A stretch of 64,000 nucleotides of DNA from Clostridia bacterium. GTDB taxonomy: Bacteria; Bacillota; Clostridia; Christensenellales; CAG-917. Positions 21,080 through 30,814 of the stretch are shown piece by piece; position 1 is the first letter of the stretch; each line of letters begins with the position of its first letter. The notes below the pieces were generated by a model. That model was given only the letters and a program-made list of their open reading frames with translations, was not told the DNA's origin and did no database searches. The stretch is taken from assembly GCA_017618055.1 (NCBI GenBank), contig JAFZVB010000005.1, positions 3,136 to 67,135 of the forward strand, in the 5' to 3' direction. Position numbers and translations under genes: made by a program.

Positions 21080-22073
21080 TCTTTTCCTCTACAGTTTCTT
21101 CTGCTGTTTCTTGAGGTATCTCCTCTACTTGCTCTTGTGTTTCTTTTCTATATCCGTACTCTGTTGTGTCTATAACAGTACTTGCATCCGTATAGAACTT
21201 GAGTCCTTTTACTTTGTAATATCCAACAAGCTCTATGGATCTAAATACGATGTAATAAAGTGAAGGTGCAATAATGAATATTATTCCGTATGTTGGAAGT
21301 GCTAGAGCTGTGTTGAGTCCGTATGTAATTACGAATGTAAAGATAAATCCTTGCATCATACCTCTAGATTCCATCTTGAGATATGGCATACTCTTCTTAA
21401 ATGCAACAAGTGGTTTCTCTTCAGGATGATATAGCATTCTTGGCATCCATCCTGCTGTTAAAAGTTGTCTAAAAGACAAAACTATTAAAGCGAAGAGTAA
21501 AATTATTGGCATAACGAAAATACCAATGACCTGTCTCAATCCCCAACCAAGTGCAATTATAATTACTGCAAATGCTAAATCAATTGGGAATAAAATCATC
21601 ATCTTGCTAGCTGAATATTCTGCAGACTTCTTTAAGTTAATGATAAAGGATGATGCAAATGGCATCTTCATGTTAGAAGACATCAAGTTGTTAATAATAT
21701 ATCCTAAAGGATATAAACATAATCCAGAAAGGAATGAATACAAGAAGTAAATACCAATAGGTATTAATAAACTTGCAAGTATTCCAACTGGGTGGTCTAC
21801 AACTGCCTTAACATACATTTCACCAGAGTCTATGATTTGTCCCATTACGCCTCTTAACCCTATATCGCCTCTAAGATAATCATGTATCTTGTTAAAGATT
21901 GGGTCTATAATCTCAGCCATATCTGCATATGTCATGGCATGCTTATATACTGGCACCACAATTGCTGCTGTTATTCCTGCAACAATAGCAACGCACAACA
22001 AAAGATATAAGAATATCTTTATGATGTACTGTGGGTGCGAGAATAATATTGAAATTGAATGCTTAAATTCCAT
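21066..22073 (-). CDS. Hypothetical multi-pass membrane protein
   Basis: About 6 hydrophobic segments and an acidic C-terminal tail. Confidence 0.75.
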   Translation of the reverse strand: MEFKHSISILFSHPQYIIKIFLYLLLCVAIVAGITAAIVVPVYKHAMTYADMAEIIDPIFNKIHDYLRGDIGLRGVMGQIIDSGEMYVKAVVDHPVGILASLLIPIGIYFLYSFLSGLCLYPLGYIINNLMSSNMKMPFASSFIINLKKSAEYSASKMMILFPIDLAFAVIIIALGWGLRQVIGIFVMPIILLFALIVLSFRQLLTAGWMPRMLYHPEEKPLVAFKKSMPYLKMESRGMMQGFIFTFVITYGLNTALALPTYGIIFIIAPSLYYIVFRSIELVGYYKVKGLKFYTDASTVIDTTEYGYRKETQEQVEEIPQETAEETVEEKNEQE

Positions 22074-22091
22074 ACTACACCTTCTTTGTCT

Positions 22092-24713
22092 CTATTTTAA
22101 AGCATCTAATTGTTCTTTAATTTTCTTGTATTTGTTTTGTGCTGCTTCTAACTTTGCCTTCTCTGTATCTATGACCTTTTGTGGTGCACGTTGTACGAAT
22201 GAAGGATTATTTAGAAGATTTTCAGAGTGTGCAATATCTCCCTCTGCTTGTGCAAGTTCTTTTTCAAGTCTTTCCTTCTCTTTTGCTGGGTCTACTAATT
22301 CGCCCATAGGAATATAAACTTGTGCAAGAGCTGTAACAAGGGCAACTGCACTCTTATCTGCTTCGTCTGCACTATTTAAGTACTTAACACTCTCTACTCC
22401 AGCAAGTTTGTCTAGATAGATTTCAAACTTCTTAAATAGATTATTGTCTGCTGTTAGAACTTGGATGTGTATCTTCTTTGAAGGTACAACGTTCATACTT
22501 GCTCTTGTATTTCTAATCGATGTTACGAGCTCAATTAAGTCCTCAAATGCCTTTTCTTCCTTATGGAAGATATACTTTCTGTTATATGATGGCCAATCTT
22601 GAACCATTATTGCATCTCCTTTCTTATGATACTTGGAGTAAATCTCTTCTGTAATGAAAGGAATAATTGGATGCAACAATTTAAGAATTGTTGTTAATAC
22701 ATAAGTAAGCATTGAAATTGCGTGCTTTCTTTGGTTTTCATCATTTGAATAAAGTGATGTCTTGGATACTTCAATATACCAGTCACAGAATTCAGACCAT
22801 GTGAAATCATAGAGTTTTGCAGCTGCAACACCAAAGTCATACTTGTTGAGGTTAATTGTAACTTCTTTTATAACAGAATTAAGTCTTGTTAAAATCCATT
22901 TGTCTGCAACATTAAGTCTAGAAGGTATAACGTCTAATTCGTCTCCCTTCTTAATGTTCATAATAACGAATCTGGATGCATTCCAAAGTTTATTGCAGAA
23001 GTTTCTGCAACTCTCTAATTTCTCTTTGCTAAATCTTGTATCACTACCTGGAGCAATATTAATTGTTAATGAGAATCTCAATGCATCTGCACCGTATTTG
23101 TCTATTAATTCCAATGGATCTATACCATTTCCTAAAGACTTGGACATCTTTCTGCCCTTTTCGTCTCTTACAATACCATGGATAAGTACTTCGTTAAATG
23201 GAACATCTTCCATAAACTCAAGACCACTGAATATCATTCTTGCTACCCAGAAGAAGATGATGTCATAACCTGTTACAAGAACAGATGTTGGATAGTAATA
23301 AGACAAATTCTTATTCTTCTTTGGATAACCAAGTGTACTGAATGGCCAAAGTGCTGAACTGAACCATGTATCCAGTGCATCTTCGTCTTGATGGAATGTT
23401 GTGCATCCACACTTACATTGTGTTGGCATTGATTTTGCAACGTACATTTCTCCACATTTATCACAGTAATATGCTGGAATTCTGTGTCCCCACCATAATT
23501 GTCTTGAAATACACCAGTCTTTAATGTTTTCCATCCAGTTGAAGTATGTCTTTTCAAAGTGCTTTGGTATAAATTCAATCTTCTTTGTCTTAACTGCCTT
23601 GATTGCTGGTTCTGCAAGTGGTTTCATCTTAACGAACCATTGTCTAGAAACGATAGATTCAACTGTTTCATGACATCTATAACAAGTCCCTACTTTGTGT
23701 GCATATGGTTCAATCTTTTCTAAATATCCTTGTGCTTTGAGGTCTTCTACAACTCTCTTTCTGCATTCAAGTCTATCTAAGCCAGCATAAATACCAGCAT
23801 TTTCGTTCATTGTACCGTCATCTGCAATAACTCTGATTTGTGGCAAGTTGTGTCTAATACCGATTTCAAAGTCATTAGGATCATGTGCTGGAGTAATCTT
23901 AACTGCACCAGTGCCGAAATCCATTTCACAGTAATCATCTGCAATAAGAGGAATTTCTCTGTCTGTTAAAGGTAACTTTAACATCTTTCCAATCTTATCC
24001 TTGTATCTTGGATCCTTTGGGTTTACTGCAACTGCTGTATCACCAAGCATTGTTTCTGGTCTTGTTGTAGCAATTGTAATATATCCAGAACCGTCTACGA
24101 ATGGATAATGATAATGCCATAAATTGGATTGTTGTTCTTCATATTCTACTTCTGCATCTGATAAAGCTGTCTTACAACGTGGACACCAGTTAATCATTCT
24201 GTCTCCACGATAAATAAGTTTCTTCTTGTAATAACGGATGAATGCCTCTTGAACAGCATTAGAACAGTTTTGGTCCATAGTAAATGCTTCCTTAGACCAG
24301 TCACAAGATGAACCTAGTCTCTTAATTTGCTCTACTATTCTGCCACCATACTTGTTCTTCCATTCCCATGCTTTTTCTAAGAATCTTTCTCTTCCTAAAT
24401 CTTCTTTAGAGATTCCTTGCTCTCTTAAAGTGTTAACAATCTTAACTTCTGTAGCAAGAGATGCATGGTCTGTTCCTGGCAACCATAAAGTTTCATACCC
24501 ACTCATTCTTTTGAAACGTGTGAGTATATCTTGCAATGTTTGATCTAATGCATGTCCCATATGAAGCTGACCTGTAATGTTTGGAGGTGGCATCATAATG
24601 GTAAATGGTTCTTTGTCTGGATTTGGGTGAGATTCAAAGAATTTTCCCTTAAGCCAGAAATCGTAAATCCTTTGCTCAAACTCAGGATTATAAGTTTTTT
24701 CCATATCGTTCAT
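22092..24713 (-). CDS. valS: Valine--tRNA ligase
   Basis: PPPNITGQLHMGH, DWCISRQLWWGH, KMSKS, C-terminal coiled coil. Confidence 0.98.
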   Translation of the reverse strand: MNDMEKTYNPEFEQRIYDFWLKGKFFESHPNPDKEPFTIMMPPPNITGQLHMGHALDQTLQDILTRFKRMSGYETLWLPGTDHASLATEVKIVNTLREQGISKEDLGRERFLEKAWEWKNKYGGRIVEQIKRLGSSCDWSKEAFTMDQNCSNAVQEAFIRYYKKKLIYRGDRMINWCPRCKTALSDAEVEYEEQQSNLWHYHYPFVDGSGYITIATTRPETMLGDTAVAVNPKDPRYKDKIGKMLKLPLTDREIPLIADDYCEMDFGTGAVKITPAHDPNDFEIGIRHNLPQIRVIADDGTMNENAGIYAGLDRLECRKRVVEDLKAQGYLEKIEPYAHKVGTCYRCHETVESIVSRQWFVKMKPLAEPAIKAVKTKKIEFIPKHFEKTYFNWMENIKDWCISRQLWWGHRIPAYYCDKCGEMYVAKSMPTQCKCGCTTFHQDEDALDTWFSSALWPFSTLGYPKKNKNLSYYYPTSVLVTGYDIIFFWVARMIFSGLEFMEDVPFNEVLIHGIVRDEKGRKMSKSLGNGIDPLELIDKYGADALRFSLTINIAPGSDTRFSKEKLESCRNFCNKLWNASRFVIMNIKKGDELDVIPSRLNVADKWILTRLNSVIKEVTINLNKYDFGVAAAKLYDFTWSEFCDWYIEVSKTSLYSNDENQRKHAISMLTYVLTTILKLLHPIIPFITEEIYSKYHKKGDAIMVQDWPSYNRKYIFHKEEKAFEDLIELVTSIRNTRASMNVVPSKKIHIQVLTADNNLFKKFEIYLDKLAGVESVKYLNSADEADKSAVALVTALAQVYIPMGELVDPAKEKERLEKELAQAEGDIAHSENLLNNPSFVQRAPQKVIDTEKAKLEAAQNKYKKIKEQLDALK

Positions 24714-24730
24714 ATCTATATCCTTCTTTA

Positions 24731-25531
24731 TTATTCTTCTACTTTATCTTTTTCAGCCTCAGCTTTAGCTGCTGCTTCTTCATTTTCTCTAATGAGTTCT
24801 TCTTCTCTTTGTTTTGCTTTTTCTGCTGCAATTCTATTTTGAATATCTCTTCCTGTTTCGCCTTCGATATAAGTTCCATCCTTAATTGCCTTAGATACTA
24901 ATCTTGCTTGAACAATAACATCCTTCAAATATGATAAAGCGGATGCCCAGCCAATGCAGATACCCCATGCAAGGATACCCCAATCTGCGAATTTAACATA
25001 TGGATGGAAGAAGGCCATAATAACCCCTACGGACACTGTGAAAGAACCTACCTTTCCAAGCATATTTGCCTCAACCTTTGCTTTCTTCTTCATAGCAATT
25101 GGTGCCATTGAAATTAAAGCAAGTTCTTTTAAGAGAATTGCAATAACAAATGCATAGTGTACATACCAATGTAAGTTTGGATCACTATATTCTGCTAATG
25201 TATCTCTACCAAGAGGTGTTAAACCAGTACAAAGTGCTAAGCACATTAATACTGAAACGTGCATCAATTTATCTGCAAGTGGGTCGAAAATCATACCAAC
25301 ACCACTACACATGTTGTATTTACGTGCAATGTATCCGTCTATTAAATCTGAACCAGATGCAACAAAGAATACACCTAATGCGCCATAAAAATAATAAATG
25401 TTAGACCATACACCGCCTAGTGCCATTAAGACAACAAATGCAGGTACGCATAACATTCTAAAATAAGTGATAATGTTTGGAATTGTCCATAAGTCTTTTG
25501 TACTCAATTGAGTCATTCCTTTATAAGCCAT
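24731..25531 (-). CDS. CDP-alcohol phosphatidyltransferase (PgsA-like)
   Basis: IPNIITYFR, D..DG..AR...G..DP.ADK signature. Confidence 0.88.
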   Translation of the reverse strand: MAYKGMTQLSTKDLWTIPNIITYFRMLCVPAFVVLMALGGVWSNIYYFYGALGVFFVASGSDLIDGYIARKYNMCSGVGMIFDPLADKLMHVSVLMCLALCTGLTPLGRDTLAEYSDPNLHWYVHYAFVIAILLKELALISMAPIAMKKKAKVEANMLGKVGSFTVSVGVIMAFFHPYVKFADWGILAWGICIGWASALSYLKDVIVQARLVSKAIKDGTYIEGETGRDIQNRIAAEKAKQREEELIRENEEAAAKAEAEKDKVEE

Positions 25532-25669
25532 AATAAAGTCTCCTTATATATAACTTTTAATTTTTCCTAAAAATTATACCACCCATATATTGCTATGTAA
25601 AGAAAATAAACAACGTTTAAACGTTGTAATTAATGGTTTTTGTATGTTTAAATTAATGAAAAATTATTC

Positions 25670-26317
25670 TTAACTAAGAATAAAATGCTCAACTTCTTCA
25701 GTTGTTTCTAAAATGTATTTTGCCTTGTATTCTTCAAACTCTTCTCTAGAACCATATCCCCAAAGCACAGCTATGGTATCTAAGCCACATTCTCTAGCTC
25801 CCTCTATATCATAGAGTCTATCTCCTATCATTATGGCTTCACTCTTATCTTTTACACCAAGTTGTTCTAGTGTCCAATTAACTACGTCCTTCTTGGTTTC
25901 TCTTGTTTTATCATTTAATGCTGCACCAACTACATCAAAGTACTTTAGAAGACCATGGTACTCCAGCATTCTAAGAGTAAACTTCTCAGGTTTGGATGTT
26001 GCTGTAGCAAGTACTACACCATTCTTTTTGAGATTAATGAGTAATTCTTCTATTCCTTTGTATGGATTAGACATCTTCCAACCGTAATCATTGTATCTTT
26101 GTCTGTACTCAACTATAAACTGCTCGGATTCTTCTATAGTCATGCCACAATACTTAACCATAGAAACTCTAAATGGAGGACCTATCATCTTCCATAGATC
26201 TTCGGGGTTATATTTTACGTGGTTGTTATCTAGGGTTTCCTTTATGCACCTTAAAATTCCTGGTGCACTTTCAAGTAAAGTTCCATCCAAATCAAACAAG
26301 GCATACTTAAATCTCAT
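25670..26317 (-). CDS. HAD-family phosphatase
   Basis: FDLDGTL, ATSKP, MIGDRLYDIEGA. Confidence 0.9.
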   Translation of the reverse strand: MRFKYALFDLDGTLLESAPGILRCIKETLDNNHVKYNPEDLWKMIGPPFRVSMVKYCGMTIEESEQFIVEYRQRYNDYGWKMSNPYKGIEELLINLKKNGVVLATATSKPEKFTLRMLEYHGLLKYFDVVGAALNDKTRETKKDVVNWTLEQLGVKDKSEAIMIGDRLYDIEGARECGLDTIAVLWGYGSREEFEEYKAKYILETTEEVEHFILS

Positions 26318-27201
26318 TTCAACACCTCGTCTAAAACATTTGGAATTTGAGCAACTATATCTTCTGGCAATGTTGAGTACTCATTCACTTTGTTAAGTTC
26401 AGCACATCTTCCAAGAATATAAGCACCACAATATGCGGCTTTAATTGGTTGTAATCCCCAGGCCAATAATCCACAAATAATACCAGACAAAACATCCCCA
26501 CTTCCACCCTTGGCAAGGGAGACATTTCCATTGTTATTTATGTAGTCATTTTCTCCATCTGTTATTACTGTTGTTGGTGTGCCTTTTAGCAGCAAAATAC
26601 AACCCTTTTCTTTTGCATATTTTGAACCCAATAAAAGTGAATATTTTTTAACGGTTTCGATAGGTGTATTTGTAAATTTAGAGAACTCTTTTGCGTGTGG
26701 TGTTAAGATGCATCTATTTTTAAAATTTCTAATCCCTGATGTTGATGCCAATCCATCTGCATCTATGACAATATTTTGCTCTCCGTTTTCTAGTATTTGA
26801 AGAACGATAGATTCAGCATCTCCTTTATCCATTCCCATGCCTATTGCGAAGGCTGTAGCACGGCTCATAATTTCGTTTATTTGAGCCTCGTCACACGCGA
26901 TGTTGCCATCTTCAGATTTGAGCGAGTAAATGGACGAATAAAGGGTTGATTGATACAAATAAGGACTTAAAGTGTCAGGAATGCACAGTTGTGAGGTACC
27001 TGCACCTACTCTCATGGCTGCCTTTCCAAGTGCAGAAATGATGGCTAAGGAAGCACTGGAACTAAACTGTGGAGCACCCACATATTTGGCACTTCCACCT
27101 ATAATTACTGCGTGTCCAAAGGTGCCTTTATTGGCATTATTATCTCGCTTTGGAAAGCACTCTTTTACTAGTTCTTTGGTTACTAAAATTGGCTCAATCA
27201 T
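26314..27201 (-). CDS. nnrD: ADP-dependent NAD(P)H-hydrate dehydratase
   Basis: KGTFG, IGGS..YVGA, DADG, LTPH..EF, GGSGDVLSG. Confidence 0.9.
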   Translation of the reverse strand: MIEPILVTKELVKECFPKRDNNANKGTFGHAVIIGGSAKYVGAPQFSSSASLAIISALGKAAMRVGAGTSQLCIPDTLSPYLYQSTLYSSIYSLKSEDGNIACDEAQINEIMSRATAFAIGMGMDKGDAESIVLQILENGEQNIVIDADGLASTSGIRNFKNRCILTPHAKEFSKFTNTPIETVKKYSLLLGSKYAKEKGCILLLKGTPTTVITDGENDYINNNGNVSLAKGGSGDVLSGIICGLLAWGLQPIKAAYCGAYILGRCAELNKVNEYSTLPEDIVAQIPNVLDEVLK

Positions 27202-27742
27202 TACTGTCTAAATCACCTGGTTTTATGCTAGAAAGTACGCTAGAAATTGTGTCCCAATCATACCCTTTTTGGTATAAATGTTGACCTGCTTTTGCCCATC
27301 CTTCTCTGTCTAATATTAAGTGTTTTTTATTGAGATATTTTATGGCAAAATCCTTGCATTTTTCCTTCTCATCATCTGCCTTAAAAAACTCTGCCATAGC
27401 CTTCTTTACAACTGCCTCATTTACCTTCTTTTCATTGATGAGTTTGTACTCCATTTTCTTCCTTCCCATCTTCTTTGTTTTGATGGAAATATAGAGCCTG
27501 CAATAGTCGTAATCGTCTATGTATTTATAGTACTTCATCTTCTCTATAACTTGGTCTACTTCAGCCTTGTGAAATCCTTTGTCATAGAGCTTTTGTTTTA
27601 CTTCATATTCGGTTTTTGGAGATTTTAAATATCTTGCTGCAGTATCAAAAGCAAGGCGATATTCCTTCGCCTCGCCTTCTATTGTATCTGCAATAATTTC
27701 AGACTTTGTATCTTTTTTTGTGATGTCGTCAGTCTTTTTCAC
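27194..27742 (-). CDS. recX: Regulatory protein RecX
   Basis: A..YL....TEYEV.QKL..KG, YIDD..Y, L..KGY helical repeats. Confidence 0.85.
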   Translation of the reverse strand: MKKTDDITKKDTKSEIIADTIEGEAKEYRLAFDTAARYLKSPKTEYEVKQKLYDKGFHKAEVDQVIEKMKYYKYIDDYDYCRLYISIKTKKMGRKKMEYKLINEKKVNEAVVKKAMAEFFKADDEKEKCKDFAIKYLNKKHLILDREGWAKAGQHLYQKGYDWDTISSVLSSIKPGDLDSND

Positions 27743-27744
27743 AA

Positions 27745-28806
27745 TTATTCAACATGATATACCCAGCCAAATGGATCTGGTAATCTTTGTGTTTGGATTC
27801 CAGTGATTTGGTCATATAACCATTCTGTAATCTTACCCATCTTGCCGTTGTTTATTGTTAATGTTTCGTTCTTGTATTGAATTGTTCCAACTGGAGAAAT
27901 AACAGCTGCTGTACCTGTACCGAATGCTTCATCAAGCTTTCCGTTCTTGTATGCTGCAACTACTTCAGCGATAGAAACCTTTCTTTCCTCTACTTTGTAT
28001 CCGTTCTTCTTTAATACTTGGATTGCACTGTCTCTTGTGATACCACGAAGAATGCTGCCATCTAATTCAGCTGTGCATACAACACCGTCTATAACAAAGA
28101 ACATATTCATTGAACCAACTTCTGTTACATATTGCTTTGTTTCACCATCTAACCAAAGTACTTGGTCAAATCCTTTCTTCTTTGCTTCTTCGCCAGCAAG
28201 TAATGAACATGCATAGTTACCCATACACTTTGCTTCACCTGTACCACCAATAGATGCTCTTGTGTAAACGTCTTCAACGATAAGGGCTGTTGGTTCTAAT
28301 CCGTGTGCATAATAACTTCCAACTGGTGAAAGAATGATTGAGAATAAGAACTTCTTGGATGGATGTACACCTAAGAATGCTTCAGATCCGAACATAAATG
28401 GACGGATATATAAGGATGTTCCTGGTAATGTTGGAATCCATTCTTTTTCAAGTTCTACTAATTCAGATAATGCCTTGAGGACTACATCTATGTCAACTTT
28501 TGCCATACAGAGTCTTTCTGCACTCTTGTTCATACGAATGAAATTGTCTCTTGGACGGAACATTGTAATTTCGCCTTTGTCGTTCTTGTAAGCCTTTAAT
28601 CCTTCAAAGATTCCTTGACCATAGTGTAATGAACAACATGCTGGGCTGATTTTGAAATCGTCAAATGGGATAATCTCTGGTTCTTGCCAGCCACCCTTGG
28701 AGTCATCATATTCCATAACGAGCATATGATCTGTAAAATACTTACCGAATCCAAGATTGCTGAAATCTGGTTTTTGCTTTCTCTCTTTTACTAATGTAAC
28801 TTTCAT
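27745..28806 (-). CDS. ilvE: Branched-chain amino acid aminotransferase
   Basis: LGFGKYFTDHM, HYGQGIFEG, K..GNY, EVGSMN, GITRDS, GTGTAAVISP. Confidence 0.96.
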   Translation of the reverse strand: MKVTLVKERKQKPDFSNLGFGKYFTDHMLVMEYDDSKGGWQEPEIIPFDDFKISPACCSLHYGQGIFEGLKAYKNDKGEITMFRPRDNFIRMNKSAERLCMAKVDIDVVLKALSELVELEKEWIPTLPGTSLYIRPFMFGSEAFLGVHPSKKFLFSIILSPVGSYYAHGLEPTALIVEDVYTRASIGGTGEAKCMGNYACSLLAGEEAKKKGFDQVLWLDGETKQYVTEVGSMNMFFVIDGVVCTAELDGSILRGITRDSAIQVLKKNGYKVEERKVSIAEVVAAYKNGKLDEAFGTGTAAVISPVGTIQYKNETLTINNGKMGKITEWLYDQITGIQTQRLPDPFGWVYHVE

Positions 28807-29438
28807 TGTATCTCCTTCGAAGGTATAACTGTATATCCTTCTTTTATTAGTTCTGTTTGTGATTTGCCTTTTGTAATCTCGGTTATATCCGTTACAAATG
28901 CATCTTTTTTATCTTTTTCTATAATGTATGTGGATTTAACAACATCCTCGTACACTGTATCTACTTTAATATAGCCCTTTTTACGTGCTAGAGCCTCTAT
29001 GTTTGCATTATCTTGGTATGTTGCAGTAACTTCCATATAAAGCATATATGCTTTCTTAGCAAGTTTAGCGCTCTCAATACCATTAACTGCACAGTCTGTA
29101 TAAGCACTAACAAGTCCAGGTGCTCCTAAGAGTATTCCTCCAAAGTATCTTGTGACAACCAAAACACTTTGAGAGAGCCCTTTTCTTTTTATTACCTCTA
29201 GCATTGGGATTCCGGCTGTTCCTTGTGGTTCGCCATCATCTGAGTATCTAAAGGTATTTTCGTCTATAACATATGCAAAACAATTATGTCTTGCGTCTGG
29301 AAATTCTTTTTTTATACTTTGAATAAATGCTTCTGCCTCTTCCTTCGTTACATCACCTTTTAAAGAACAGATAAACCTAGACTTTTTTACGGTTATCTCA
29401 CTTCTATATGTGCCATTCACAAAGGTTATCTCATTCAT
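28803..29438 (-). CDS. yigZ: YigZ/IMPACT family protein
   Basis: KKSRF, ARHNCFAY, SDDGEP.GTAG, VTRYFGGILLG. Confidence 0.93.
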   Translation of the reverse strand: MNEITFVNGTYRSEITVKKSRFICSLKGDVTKEEAEAFIQSIKKEFPDARHNCFAYVIDENTFRYSDDGEPQGTAGIPMLEVIKRKGLSQSVLVVTRYFGGILLGAPGLVSAYTDCAVNGIESAKLAKKAYMLYMEVTATYQDNANIEALARKKGYIKVDTVYEDVVKSTYIIEKDKKDAFVTDITEITKGKSQTELIKEGYTVIPSKEIQ

Positions 29439-30658
29439 TATTCAACAGTTACCTTCCAGAAATTCTTCTTTCCCTTTTGAAGAACGAATCCATTTGCAAT
29501 TTGTGAGTCTGTTAAAACTGCATTGATATCTGTAATCTTTGTGTTATCTACAGAAATGCCACCACCTTGGATAAGTCTTCTTGCTTCACCCTTACTTGGA
29601 GCTGCTTTAATTGTTACTAATGCGTCTACAACAGTCTTAACATCTTGTCCAATTACTGCTGTTGGCATATTTTCCGCATCTCCAGAGAATGCTGCATGTG
29701 CTTTCTTTAATGCTGCTTCAGCTTCTGCCTCGCCATGAACAAGTTTTGTGAGTTCATATGCAAGTCTTTCTTTAGCTGCATTCATTCTTTCGTCATTGTA
29801 CTTTGTTAATTCTTCAATTTCTTCAACTGGTAAGAATGTTAAGTAACGGAATACTTTCTCAACGTCTGCATCATTTGTGTTTCTCCAGTATTGGAAGAAA
29901 TCATATGGAGATGTCTTTTCTGCATCAAGCCATACTGCTCCTTTTGCAGTTTTACCCATCTTCTTGCCTTCGGATGTTGTAAGTAATGCGAAAGTAATAG
30001 CAAATGCTGCTTTTTGCTCTTTTCTTCTAATTAAGTCTGCTCCTGCAAGCATATTAGACCATTGATCATCACCACCACATTGTAATACGCAACCATACTT
30101 TCTGTTTAATACAAGGAAGTCATAGGATTGCATTAACATATAGTTGAATTCAAGGAATGTTAATCCTTTTTCTAATCTTTGCTTATAGCATTCTGCTGTT
30201 AACATTTTATTAACAGAGAAACATGCTCCAATTTCTCTAAGGAAGTCTATATAGTTCAAATCTAAAAGCCAATCTGCATTGTTTACTAATATTGCACCAT
30301 TTTCGCCTTCAAATCTTATAAATCTTGCCATTTGTTTTTTGAAACACTCTACATTGTGTTCAATTGTTTCTTTGGTCATCATAGAACGCATATCAGTTCT
30401 ACCACTTGGATCTCCTATCATTGCTGTGCCACCACCAATAAGGATGATTGGTCTGTGTCCTGCATCTTGTAAACGCTTTGCAAGTATCATTTGCATGAAG
30501 TGTCCTACATGAAGAGAATCTGCTGTTGGGTCAAAACCAATATAGAAAGATTGTGGACCACTATCAAGCATTGCTTTTAAATCATCTTCATATACAACTT
30601 GCTTTACTAGACCACGTTTTTCTAATTCGTCTAAAACACCTTTCTTAACTTCTGCCAT
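29438..30658 (-). CDS. tyrS: Tyrosine--tRNA ligase
   Basis: [28 protein letters not shown]-terminal S4 domain. Confidence 0.98.
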   Translation of the reverse strand: MAEVKKGVLDELEKRGLVKQVVYEDDLKAMLDSGPQSFYIGFDPTADSLHVGHFMQMILAKRLQDAGHRPIILIGGGTAMIGDPSGRTDMRSMMTKETIEHNVECFKKQMARFIRFEGENGAILVNNADWLLDLNYIDFLREIGACFSVNKMLTAECYKQRLEKGLTFLEFNYMLMQSYDFLVLNRKYGCVLQCGGDDQWSNMLAGADLIRRKEQKAAFAITFALLTTSEGKKMGKTAKGAVWLDAEKTSPYDFFQYWRNTNDADVEKVFRYLTFLPVEEIEELTKYNDERMNAAKERLAYELTKLVHGEAEAEAALKKAHAAFSGDAENMPTAVIGQDVKTVVDALVTIKAAPSKGEARRLIQGGGISVDNTKITDINAVLTDSQIANGFVLQKGKKNFWKVTVE

Positions 30659-30757
30659 TTTTTGTACCTCTAAATAAATATAATTTGTGCAAATTATAAC
30701 ACTCGCATTTTTAAGTGTCTATACTTTTTAATATATAAATTTTTATTTTTTACGAGC

Positions 30758-30795
30758 AAAAAATAAAGCAGAGCCATATTAGACCCTGCTTTTTT
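30758..30795 (-). terminator. Probable terminator
   Basis: aaagcag...ctgcttt stem flanked by A and T tracts. Confidence 0.6.
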
Positions 30796-30814
30796 GTTAT
30801 TAAATATGTTTAGA

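Noticed and set aside
30659-30760. T-box riboswitch upstream of tyrS (and valS)
   Set aside because: The leader is too short and no T-box GGTGG.ACC bulge sequence is visible; valS directly follows pgsA
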